A stretch of 60,833 nucleotides of DNA from a virus (taxonomy: Duplodnaviria > Caudoviricetes): positions 1-60,833 of IMG/VR virus record IMGVR_UViG_3300025096_003142. One strand, written 5' to 3'. The stretch's first letter is position 1. Each line of letters begins with the position of its first letter. Of the stretch, positions 29,526 through 38,471 are shown in pieces. A program made the position numbers and the translations under genes. The notes under the pieces were generated by a model. The model did not search any database and was not told the origin of the DNA. It worked only from the letters and a program-made list of their open reading frames with translations.

Positions 29526-30206
29526 TTATATAAATCTATTTTTTAATGCGTTGTAGTTGTGTAATATTTCTGTTGATGATAAGAGACGGTTGTAGATATG
29601 GGTGTTTGAAATTTTGCCATCATGATAAGCAGCAGAATTACCATGTTTACCAATTAATAAAGGATTTCCACTACTGGTATAATTTCCTGCATCTGTACCT
29701 ATTAATGAATTATTTATATACAAGGACAAAGTACTGGAGCTATAAGTTACAATTATATTATACCATGTTGCAGTCGTTATTGAAGTAGTTGTTACTTCTG
29801 CACCAATACCACTACCTTTATAAGTTCTAGCTCTTAAAGTTCCACCCCCGTCAGTTATATATAAATCAAATCCTTGTGCTGACCCTAGGCTATTTTTTCT
29901 GGTTGACAATACAGCTTCATTTGTGCCTACTAAAGTATCCCATTTAACCCAACAAGATAAACTCCATGTTTGAGTAGCTAGAGTAGGCGACACCCCACAA
30001 TCTACATAGTCATCAACACCATCGAAATCTATACTGCCACCATTATCACTATCAAAAATAGGTCCATTAGTTAACGTGCCATTATTTTGATTTACCGTTT
30101 GATCTTTCCATATAGTACTACCACTTACATATGAATCTGGGTTTGCAGCATCTACTGCAAATGTTAATCCATCTGTTACAATATTTGGTCCTACTATTCC
30201 ACTCAT
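29526..30206 (-). CDS. LamG domain protein, class B
   Basis: GPNIVTDGLTFAVDAANPDSY; FDGVDDY; YNRLLSSTEILHNYNALKNRF. Confidence 0.88.
   Translation of the reverse strand: MSGIVGPNIVTDGLTFAVDAANPDSYVSGSTIWKDQTVNQNNGTLTNGPIFDSDNGGSIDFDGVDDYVDCGVSPTLATQTWSLSCWVKWDTLVGTNEAVLSTRKNSLGSAQGFDLYITDGGGTLRARTYKGSGIGAEVTTTSITTATWYNIIVTYSSSTLSLYINNSLIGTDAGNYTSSGNPLLIGKHGNSAAYHDGKISNTHIYNRLLSSTEILHNYNALKNRFI
30061..30192. repeat. 132-nt direct repeat copy 1 (LamG class B N-terminal coding region)
   Basis: About 10 mismatches versus 31472-31603 by manual alignment. Confidence 0.85.
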
Positions 30207-30919
30207 TCGAATCTCCCTTTCAATGCATTGTAATTATGTAGTACTTCGTTTGCTGATAGGGCTCTGTTATATATGTGTATTGGACCTATGTTACCATTAA
30301 ATGATGCATAACCTGGTCGGTTTCCTATTCTTAATGCATCTGTTTTTGATGTTGGAGCAGTTGCAGATGGACTTGTCTTTGTAGCAGTTACAGTTGCATT
30401 TTTATAAGCTATAATAGTATCACCATCCCATGTCATTGCAATATTTTCCCAAGTATTTAATGTTAATGTAGGAACTGTGCCTGATGTTTCTGAACCAGCT
30501 TTTAAATCACAACCTGTAACTATATATCTTGTATTTTGAGAAGTTGATATTTCAATTTCATATTGACCTGCTGATACTATTGCTGCTGTATTTGGTGTCT
30601 TACTAATTAATCCAGTATAATTAGTTTGGGAATTAGTTGCACTTTTTACCCAAAAAGATATTGTTAAATTACTTGCGGCTATATTAGTACTAGAATTATC
30701 ACCACAATCCATATAATCATCTATACCATCAAATTGAAAACTTTTTATATCATCTGTTTCATTAAACTGAGTATCATTTTGAAATGAACCTGAAACTCCT
30801 GTATCGATAGTGTTATAAGAAAGATTTCCTGTCCCTACATAGCTTGCTCTATTTGCTGCATCCATGTTAAATACCAATCCGTCTGCTATGATGCCTGTTG
30901 TTATGCTACCAAACTTCAT
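30203..30919 (-). CDS. LamG domain protein, class B
   Basis: DGLVFNMDAANRASY; FDGIDDY; YNRALSANEVLHNYNALKGRF. Confidence 0.88.
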   Translation of the reverse strand: MKFGSITTGIIADGLVFNMDAANRASYVGTGNLSYNTIDTGVSGSFQNDTQFNETDDIKSFQFDGIDDYMDCGDNSSTNIAASNLTISFWVKSATNSQTNYTGLISKTPNTAAIVSAGQYEIEISTSQNTRYIVTGCDLKAGSETSGTVPTLTLNTWENIAMTWDGDTIIAYKNATVTATKTSPSATAPTSKTDALRIGNRPGYASFNGNIGPIHIYNRALSANEVLHNYNALKGRFE

Positions 30920-31617
30920 AATCCAAACCTTGTTTTCAATGCGTTGTAGTTTTGAAGGACTTCTGTTGAGGATAATGATTTATGATATAGTTTATAACTT
31001 GCAATATTACCGTCAAAAATTCCATAAGTAATACCATCTCCCCTACTTCCTATTTTAAGTGTATTACTATTTCCAGTATATTGTGAAGATGCTACACCTG
31101 AAGTAGTTTCTGCAGCTTGATTACCATTAATAAAAATTCTCATATAAGTAGATGGATTATAAACACCTACAAAATGATACCATTGAGTATCATCAATTGT
31201 TAATGTATGAGTTAAAGTTTTAACTGTAGTAGAATTTGAAGCAATTGAGAAATTCCAACCATTACTACTATTAACACCTAACATATAGCCTCTTTGACCG
31301 CTAGCACCAGTAGTTCCTGATGTTGTAACATTTGCTGAACCTGATTTACCTTTAAACCAATATTCAATAGTCATGGGGCCTGATGGTTTAGTTATAGTAT
31401 TATTTCCACAATCAACCCAATCATCAACCCCATCAAAAACTATACTACCTCCATTAGCCGAATCAAATGTAGGTCCATTAGTTAAAGTGCCATTATTTTG
31501 ATTTGCTGTTTGATCGTTCCATATAGTACTGCCACTTATATATGAACTTGGGTTTGCAGCATCTACTGCAAATACTAATCCATCTGTTACAATATTTGGT
31601 CCTCTTCTAATTCCCAT
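30916..31617 (-). CDS. LamG domain protein, class B
   Basis: GPNIVTDGLVFAVDAANPSSY; FDGVDDW; EVLQNYNALKTRF. Confidence 0.88.
   Translation of the reverse strand: MGIRRGPNIVTDGLVFAVDAANPSSYISGSTIWNDQTANQNNGTLTNGPTFDSANGGSIVFDGVDDWVDCGNNTITKPSGPMTIEYWFKGKSGSANVTTSGTTGASGQRGYMLGVNSSNGWNFSIASNSTTVKTLTHTLTIDDTQWYHFVGVYNPSTYMRIFINGNQAAETTSGVASSQYTGNSNTLKIGSRGDGITYGIFDGNIASYKLYHKSLSSTEVLQNYNALKTRFGL
31472..31603. repeat. 132-nt direct repeat copy 2
   Basis: Matches 30061-30192. Confidence 0.85.
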
Positions 31618-31620
31618 AAC

Positions 31621-33654
31621 TTATATAGCTTTTATTATTGTTTTTACTTTCCAAATATTAGGAGCTGTAGAATCGGTTATTGCTACCAACTGTGCTTGGC
31701 TTTGAGATATTATTACATCAAAAGTAATACCTGCTGTTGTTCCTATATCAGTTGTTGAAGTTTCTGTATGAGTAATAATTCCTCCATTCCATATTGACAT
31801 TATATTTCCAGCTTTTGCATTTGATGCTGATGTTATAGTATAATCAAAGAATGCACCATCATATGAACTTGTACTTAAAGTACATAATGATTGAGAATTT
31901 GATGCCGATGTAGCACTTATTACTGCTGTTGTATATAATGATTGGGGTGATTTACCTATAAATACTTCTCCACTTGCTGATGCTTCTAGTACAGGGAATC
32001 CTGAAATGTCATTAGCTGTAAATAATGTTCCTGTTAAATCATCATCTACTGAGAATAATGTTCCAACACTACCGATTACATCAAATACTGTTGATCCACT
32101 TCCTATTACTGATAACGATGATGTTGGATTGGATGATGATATTATTAAATTATTTATTGTTTGTTGATAGCCGTTGACATCAGAAAATATTCCGCTCGAG
32201 CCACCACCTCCAGCAATAGCTCCGGCTAATGAAGCAGATGTAAATATTCCTCCTCCAATTGAAGCTGTTATCATAGAAACAGTTCCACTCGAACTTATAT
32301 TACCTGATGCTGTTATTGGTGCATTTAATTCAATTTTATTGTTTCCGGCAAATAATATATTAGATCTATTATTAGCATCAGCTCCGTCTCCTACTATTAA
32401 TGCAGAATCATCAGAACTAGAAATATTATATTGACCTATTGCATATTGATAATTAGCATTAGTAACAGTGCTTAATCCACCAGCATGAGAATAATTTCCT
32501 GAAGCTGTAGATAGATACCCAACTGTATGACTATATGAACCATATGCTAACGAGTTCCTGCCTTCAGCATGACTATATGATCCTGATGCGTGGGTTGATC
32601 GGCCTTGGGCATGAGAATAATCTCCTTCTGCTACAGTAGCAAGGCCTTCAGCATGCGATGCATATCCAGATGCAATACTGCCCCTGCCTTCAGCATGGGA
32701 ATAATCACCGGTAGCGCTAGAACTAGTTCCATGGATGAATGAACCCGTTAAAGTTAATATAGAATTATAATTAGTTAAATTAGTACTAACGGGGGTTAAG
32801 GATAATGATGATGATGCTTTATTTCCTATTAAAAAATCAATTCCATGATCTACTTGTCTAGCACCAATTGTTAATTTTCCTGCGTTATACCCCCAGATTA
32901 TATTAGCTCCAAATGTATCAGCTGCAGATCCCATATAAATACCAGATAAGCTTGAAGTAGGAGAAAATATTCCGATATAAGCATTTGAATTATTTTGAAC
33001 CAATAATGGGGTTGTTATTGCTAATGAGCCTGTATACCCACTACTAGGTCCTACAGTTGCTGCATTAGCTGTTATATCCCCACTTGAACTTATATCACTT
33101 GATGCTGTTATGGGAGTAGTAATAGGGCCTACAAATTCAATACCATCTGTACTTATAGATATTTGATTAGCTCCATCATTAATATCTAACGTAATACCAT
33201 CACTTATATCGAGAAGACTAGTATCTCCACCATCAACACGATGTAATGATACTCCTGCATCTTTTCCATCTAATTTTATAATTTCTCCAGAAGTACTGGA
33301 TTGTATATAATCATGTGAAGCTGTAGTAGAAGTAATTATACCACTTGAGCTTATATCACTTGATGCTGTTACTTGTGTAACGTTGATGCTAGGGGTACCA
33401 TATAAATAATTAGCATATGAAGATGTTTCTGCATATGAAGATGATACTTCTTTGATAATTTCATGTGAAGCAGATATTGCATAAGATGCCGTTGCAGCAG
33501 TACCATTAAAAACTCCAGTAAATGAACCTGTAAATGATCCGGTAGCATTTACATTAAAACTTCCAGTACCATTAAGAGTGTCATATATATTAGTTACATG
33601 AGATGCATCTACGATATTTCCGTTGGTAATTCCTGATTTATCTAATAATGCCAT
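31621..33654 (-). CDS. Tail fibre-like protein with YadA-head-like GxYSHAEG repeats
   Basis: 14-aa period AxGxYSHAEG repeats; ITASSDISSSG repeats; Ser/Thr-rich. Confidence 0.82.
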   Translation of the reverse strand: MALLDKSGITNGNIVDASHVTNIYDTLNGTGSFNVNATGSFTGSFTGVFNGTAATASYAISASHEIIKEVSSSYAETSSYANYLYGTPSINVTQVTASSDISSSGIITSTTASHDYIQSSTSGEIIKLDGKDAGVSLHRVDGGDTSLLDISDGITLDINDGANQISISTDGIEFVGPITTPITASSDISSSGDITANAATVGPSSGYTGSLAITTPLLVQNNSNAYIGIFSPTSSLSGIYMGSAADTFGANIIWGYNAGKLTIGARQVDHGIDFLIGNKASSSLSLTPVSTNLTNYNSILTLTGSFIHGTSSSATGDYSHAEGRGSIASGYASHAEGLATVAEGDYSHAQGRSTHASGSYSHAEGRNSLAYGSYSHTVGYLSTASGNYSHAGGLSTVTNANYQYAIGQYNISSSDDSALIVGDGADANNRSNILFAGNNKIELNAPITASGNISSSGTVSMITASIGGGIFTSASLAGAIAGGGGSSGIFSDVNGYQQTINNLIISSSNPTSSLSVIGSGSTVFDVIGSVGTLFSVDDDLTGTLFTANDISGFPVLEASASGEVFIGKSPQSLYTTAVISATSASNSQSLCTLSTSSYDGAFFDYTITSASNAKAGNIMSIWNGGIITHTETSTTDIGTTAGITFDVIISQSQAQLVAITDSTAPNIWKVKTIIKAI

Positions 33655-33821
33655 TATTTTTTCCTATTTTTGTATGGAAATATGTTATTTAATTTTTCTT
33701 GACGCTTATCACAACCGCAATCTTTTTGTCCAACTAATTTTGCAATTCTTTTTGATAATTGATCTAATTTAGTCGCACTAGTTATTTTTTTTATATCGTC
33801 GCCAAGACCTCTACTTTTCAT
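33654..33821 (-). CDS. small phage protein, 55 aa (MKSRGLGDDIKKIT...DCGCDKRQEKLNNIFPY), absent from ORF track
   Basis: Translated by hand; TAATG overlap at 33652-33656; GLGD...DCGC..R..LN..FPY pattern. Confidence 0.8.
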   Translation of the reverse strand: MKSRGLGDDIKKITSATKLDQLSKRIAKLVGQKDCGCDKRQEKLNNIFPYKNRKK

Positions 33822-33824
33822 ATT

Positions 33825-34880
33825 CTATCCCATTTTAATATAATTATTTAGTTTTGATAATAATAACTTAAATTTTGGCGTTATTGGTATTTCAAATACA
33901 CGCGTTCCGGGATATGTATAATTTTCTTCTGGATTCATTACTTGTTTATATCCAGTATCATCTATTCCTAAAACCGGATATGAAACGTTTTGCATTGTAA
34001 TCTGTCGACTTGGTATCATTGTGCACCGATTTGGATGGTCCCATTGACCGCGGACATCTTCTACAGCATCTAGATGTTTCATTACTATATCCCAATCATT
34101 TTTATTTAATTTTTTCTTTTTGTTGATGTGTAATGCTAAATTACCTATTATTTTATCATTTTTATCACCGTCACTATGGTTTTCCATTTGAAGGCGACTC
34201 ATTGTTTCTGTTTTTGCTAATTGGCTTAATCGTTCTAAATGGCCGGTATTACGCAGTTTCTTAAATGCTAAATTTTCAACAGAATATTCGCCTTCTGCTT
34301 CTAATCCGGTTTGTCTCATTTGTTTTAAGCGTGATTTTAGTCTTTCTATTCTAGGCAATATATCCATATCGCCTTTTTTCATATTGTCTATTTCGTATGC
34401 AAATGGATCAGCTTTTTTATCTATCGCATCATCTTCAATTGAAACTACACCTGCACTAGGTTTTTTTATCCATTTGTTTTTCATTATAGAAAATACTCCG
34501 GTGGATGCGTGTGGTTCATTTGTGTCTTGAGCATATAATTCTATTTGCATTCCTCTAAATGTTAATGGATAATTATTGTTCCATATACTTTTTTTAGCCA
34601 TTAAATATTCTCGTACCAATGCTGAGTTAGCATCATAAGCTTTTATATCTTTATAATTAATTAAAACATGCAAGTCGATATCTGATTTATTAGTCCAATT
34701 ATAATTTGCATTGCTTCCAGTTAATGTTACATCGCGGACTTGGACATCTATTATAGGAAGTAAAAAATCTGCAAATGCTCTAGCAATTTTTAAGAATTTT
34801 TCACGAAGCTTAGGTTTGAGATGATCTTCATCCCAAATCTGCGGATTCAACGTGCTTTGTGTAGTATATTCTTTAATCAT
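33825..34880 (-). CDS. Pol-beta superfamily nucleotidyltransferase with extra C-terminal domain
   Basis: LTGSNANYNW..SDIDLH (GS...DxD), IELYAQD, GEYSVENLAFKKLR. Confidence 0.82.
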   Translation of the reverse strand: MIKEYTTQSTLNPQIWDEDHLKPKLREKFLKIARAFADFLLPIIDVQVRDVTLTGSNANYNWTNKSDIDLHVLINYKDIKAYDANSALVREYLMAKKSIWNNNYPLTFRGMQIELYAQDTNEPHASTGVFSIMKNKWIKKPSAGVVSIEDDAIDKKADPFAYEIDNMKKGDMDILPRIERLKSRLKQMRQTGLEAEGEYSVENLAFKKLRNTGHLERLSQLAKTETMSRLQMENHSDGDKNDKIIGNLALHINKKKKLNKNDWDIVMKHLDAVEDVRGQWDHPNRCTMIPSRQITMQNVSYPVLGIDDTGYKQVMNPEENYTYPGTRVFEIPITPKFKLLLSKLNNYIKMG

Positions 34881-34881
34881 A

Positions 34882-37800
34882 TTATGTTTGAATAAATTTA
34901 CCTGTTTGTTTAAATTTATGATATTTATCTATTGCATTTCTGAATTTGTCTCGTAATGGGCTTGTTTTCTCTTTTGAGTTTTTTTGTTGTCCTTTATAAC
35001 CTGTAATTGATGCTGGTACATTAATTGCTGTCCTATCCCATGTTGCTTCCTTTTGTCTAGCTGGACCTATTGGTAATGGATCGACATATCCTGGTTTGTA
35101 TTGTCTAATCATTTTTCCATCTTTCATTGCAACTAAATATTTACTTTCCATTCCTAGAAGCTTTTTTATTTTCCATGCATCTGGATTCACAGAACTGTCT
35201 AGCCATCCTCCAAAATTACCATCCGGGGTTGCAATTCGGAATGCGCCCTCTACTCCTTGTGCATAGAAACGGCCATTTCTTTTTGTGCATTTAAAAATAT
35301 GTATACCTCTAATTTGTTTTCTCACCATGGTAATATCGTCGATATCGCTAGCTCCTGGCGTCGCTTCTCTAACCCATTCCCATCCATATTCGTTATGTGT
35401 GTCGACTAACCAATTTTGAGTATATACAATATTCTCTTCTGCATATAGACTATAACCTTTGAATGTTGATGGCATTAAGTTTTTATCCGTTAAAGCTTCA
35501 GTTTGTGGTGTTATCGTTATTCCACCGGCGGTTTCAGTTAAAAATTGATGAACTGGCTTTAATGTTTGTGCTATTAAGTCATCAACATCAGAACCAAATA
35601 TTTTCTCAAATACCATATTCGCTACCGGGATATATAATGAGTTGTGTTTTTGCCATTCATAGCCAAAATCTGTTTCATCGGGATCTGAAGTAATATTTAG
35701 AAAAAAAGTTTGTACTTCATTATATATCACATTTGCTGCACCAACCACTCCGTTTTGAAGAGGCCTCCATAAGGTTTCCAGAGTTTCAAACATTACATTT
35801 TTTACCTTGCCTATGTTTGTTGCAGCACCGCCCATTAGTCCACCTGCAGCTGTACGAAATTTTAACATTGGGTCTGCAATACACATTATTAAATAATTAT
35901 TATTTAGTTTAGTTAAATCAAGTCCCCATGAGTGGCCACTTCCAGTAACAGCATCTTGCCATCCTTTTCTTAAGTCTATTAAAACATCAGCTGCAATATT
36001 TTTAAAACTTTTTTTACTATTTTTAAATAGCCAATCTAGGTTATTTACTAAATTACCTTGGTGAACTCCATGTTCAGCTAACCATTTTTCAACAGCTGTT
36101 TTTCCAGTAGTAGTAGTATAATATGTTCCTTGAGTTATTGTACCTGAAAATGATGCTCCTCCGGGAAGTTTACCTGATTTAAAACTTTTTCGTATCACCT
36201 CTTCTGTAAATTCGCCGCCGCCATGCATCATAAAATGTCTTACAAAATATTCCTCTTGAACCATTTTTATAAATTTAGTAACAATTTTTTTATCTGCAAA
36301 GGATGATATTACTAGAGATAAATGTTGGGGAGATTTAAATAGATTCTTGTAAAATGCATTCCATATCTTACGTATTGTATTTGCAGCCATTTTTGATGGC
36401 ATTGATATTGCTTTTGCTAGGAAATTTTTCGTATTAAAGGGCAACCTTTTTATGAGGTCGGTTAGTTCTTTTGGGTTAACTAGTTTTGTTGCAGTACCAG
36501 TAAGTTTTTTCCATAAACCGGTCAGACGCTTTCGGATATGCGCTCCGGTAAATGTTCCAGGTACGCCACTTACGCCTATTCTTCTTTTGAAATTATTACT
36601 TATATCTATTCCTTTTATATGCTTATTTTTTAAAACCAGCTTTTCGACTATATGGGTACCGCCTAATATCATATTATCTAATACCTTTATGCATTTCTGG
36701 ACTTGAGCATTAGTTAATACTTTTCCTTTAAATGTCTTAATTATATCTTTTGTTTGTTCAAGACATTGAATATATTTTTTTGGATTTTTTGCATATCCCT
36801 CTTTTATTAGATATTCTGCTAAATTCATATAAATTTTTCTGCCGGTTCTAAATGTAACCGATGCGCCTTTACTTGCTATTATAAAAGGTTTTATTGCAGC
36901 TTGCAATCCCTTTTTAACTATTATATTCATACCATCGCCTACGGCAGGAATGCTAGCGGCAATACTCAATACTCCCTCAAATGTTCTGCCTCGGCTTATA
37001 TACCACAAACCATTAGGAACATCAACAAATGGGCCTCCAACTATTCCTACAAAGTCTAACGTTAATTGCATGTTATCAGCAACATTTGACCAATTTACTC
37101 CCCATTTTCTTGTCTGTTGATTTTCTTGCAGCTCATACAAAACCGGAAAAGCTGTTTTAGTAATAGCCATTTCTCCTACTCCAGTCCAGCCATATAACAC
37201 ATCAGATAAATCACTCATAGCTTTATATCGAGGATTTCCTTTATCGATTAAACCAGTATATCCTTTCATCAATCTGTTACGTTTCTCGCTGTCACTAATT
37301 TCTTTATATTCTACTCCGCCACCTGGAGTTATCATAAATCTACCTTGGACTTCATCAGAACTATTAACTATTTCTACCCGGCCATTTTGAAATTTATAAT
37401 TTACAACTTGTTTTGCTCTTAGATTAGGATTATCTTGAGGAAGTATTATTTTGGTGCCCCATCCAAACCAAATAGGTAGTGCAGCTGGAGATTTTGCTCC
37501 TCCCGGATCATAATTTAATACTAGTTGATAATATATCAGATATTGTGATTTTAAGTCTTTTATTGTTGCAGCTTCGTTTTTTGCAAAATTCTTTAAATAC
37601 TCCGGAAGTCGTTTTTCCAGTTCCGCCGGATTGATTATAGTATTACCATGTGTATCAAATATAACTGGGCGTGCGCCCCACTTTCGTAACCAAGCTTTAA
37701 CTGTAGTGGGTAAATTTGGTGTATCTTTTGCTGGAAAATTATAACTATTACAATTATCGGCACCAGTACATGAAGTTGCTCCCATAGACTTCCACCAATT

Positions 37801-38079
37801 ATCTAATGTAAATCTAATTTTCTTGCCGGGTAATTTGTCAGTCTTCGGATCATATTCAATTTGATCTAATATTTGTTTTTGTTGCCCATAAAAATCATAT
37901 CCAGTACTTATATCCAAATTCGGTCCTATAAGTCCAGAATATTCTGGATTTTCATAGTTTTGTAACTGACCATTTATATTCAAATATGGGTTCTGGTAAG
38001 GAGATTGTTCTGATATTAACATATTACTATATTCTTCTTTAATAATATGTTGTAAATATTGTTTTGTTGGTGATTGCAT
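34882..38079 (-). CDS. Large protein with IKE/ISE leader and central pre-toxin TG (PT-TG)-like domain
   Basis: YLQHIIKEE..MLISEQ; QLTLDFVGIVGGPFVDVPNGLWYISRGRTFEGVLSIAASIPAVGD. Confidence 0.75.
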   Translation of the reverse strand: MQSPTKQYLQHIIKEEYSNMLISEQSPYQNPYLNINGQLQNYENPEYSGLIGPNLDISTGYDFYGQQKQILDQIEYDPKTDKLPGKKIRFTLDNWWKSMGATSCTGADNCNSYNFPAKDTPNLPTTVKAWLRKWGARPVIFDTHGNTIINPAELEKRLPEYLKNFAKNEAATIKDLKSQYLIYYQLVLNYDPGGAKSPAALPIWFGWGTKIILPQDNPNLRAKQVVNYKFQNGRVEIVNSSDEVQGRFMITPGGGVEYKEISDSEKRNRLMKGYTGLIDKGNPRYKAMSDLSDVLYGWTGVGEMAITKTAFPVLYELQENQQTRKWGVNWSNVADNMQLTLDFVGIVGGPFVDVPNGLWYISRGRTFEGVLSIAASIPAVGDGMNIIVKKGLQAAIKPFIIASKGASVTFRTGRKIYMNLAEYLIKEGYAKNPKKYIQCLEQTKDIIKTFKGKVLTNAQVQKCIKVLDNMILGGTHIVEKLVLKNKHIKGIDISNNFKRRIGVSGVPGTFTGAHIRKRLTGLWKKLTGTATKLVNPKELTDLIKRLPFNTKNFLAKAISMPSKMAANTIRKIWNAFYKNLFKSPQHLSLVISSFADKKIVTKFIKMVQEEYFVRHFMMHGGGEFTEEVIRKSFKSGKLPGGASFSGTITQGTYYTTTTGKTAVEKWLAEHGVHQGNLVNNLDWLFKNSKKSFKNIAADVLIDLRKGWQDAVTGSGHSWGLDLTKLNNNYLIMCIADPMLKFRTAAGGLMGGAATNIGKVKNVMFETLETLWRPLQNGVVGAANVIYNEVQTFFLNITSDPDETDFGYEWQKHNSLYIPVANMVFEKIFGSDVDDLIAQTLKPVHQFLTETAGGITITPQTEALTDKNLMPSTFKGYSLYAEENIVYTQNWLVDTHNEYGWEWVREATPGASDIDDITMVRKQIRGIHIFKCTKRNGRFYAQGVEGAFRIATPDGNFGGWLDSSVNPDAWKIKKLLGMESKYLVAMKDGKMIRQYKPGYVDPLPIGPARQKEATWDRTAINVPASITGYKGQQKNSKEKTSPLRDKFRNAIDKYHKFKQTGKFIQT

Positions 38080-38101
38080 TTATATACCTTTATTATCTAT
38101 A

Positions 38102-38110
38102 TATAAATAT
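38102..38110 (-). promoter_or_regulatory. Motif B ATATTTATA
   Basis: 22 nt upstream of ATG 38079. Confidence 0.5.
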
Positions 38111-38113
38111 ATT

Positions 38114-38461
38114 TTACTTCCAAAACACCTGGATAATTAATATTGCAAAAGCCAATACCAAACAAACTGCAGTTTTCATGTTAACTGCTTCTCCTTTAAA
38201 AAACCATGTTAACGCAGTAAATGTTATAATACCACTTACAAATGAAAGTATTCGTCCTGGCCACAAATCACCATCAAAGCCCGTAACTGCATAGCGGGTT
38301 GCTGTCATAAACATCCATGTAACAGGAATTCCTAATAAGATTAATATCCATTTGTATTTGTTAAAAGAACTCCAAAGAATTGGAGAGTTCATTTGAATCC
38401 ATGCTATTGATTGAGCAATAGAGAAAAAAAGTACTGCGAGTACTACATAACGAATTTGCAT
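38114..38461 (-). CDS. small 4-TM DMT/EamA-like membrane protein
   Basis: Four hydrophobic segments; FFKGEAVNMKTAVCLVL; start moved to MQIRY. Confidence 0.7.
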   Translation of the reverse strand: MQIRYVVLAVLFFSIAQSIAWIQMNSPILWSSFNKYKWILILLGIPVTWMFMTATRYAVTGFDGDLWPGRILSFVSGIITFTALTWFFKGEAVNMKTAVCLVLAFAILIIQVFWK

Positions 38462-38471
38462 TAAATAAAAT

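Noticed and set aside
30061-31603. Diversity-generating retroelement TR/VR pair
   Set aside because: Both copies are N-terminal coding sequence, mismatches are not adenine-specific, and no reverse transcriptase is present
21600-32720. CRISPR array or tandem DNA repeats in the fibre genes
   Set aside because: The periodicity is degenerate 14-aa protein repeats, not identical DNA repeats with spacers
10570-38110. Canonical T4 late promoters TATAAATA driving plus-strand transcription
   Set aside because: There are no credible plus-strand genes, and the motif position tracks minus-strand start codons
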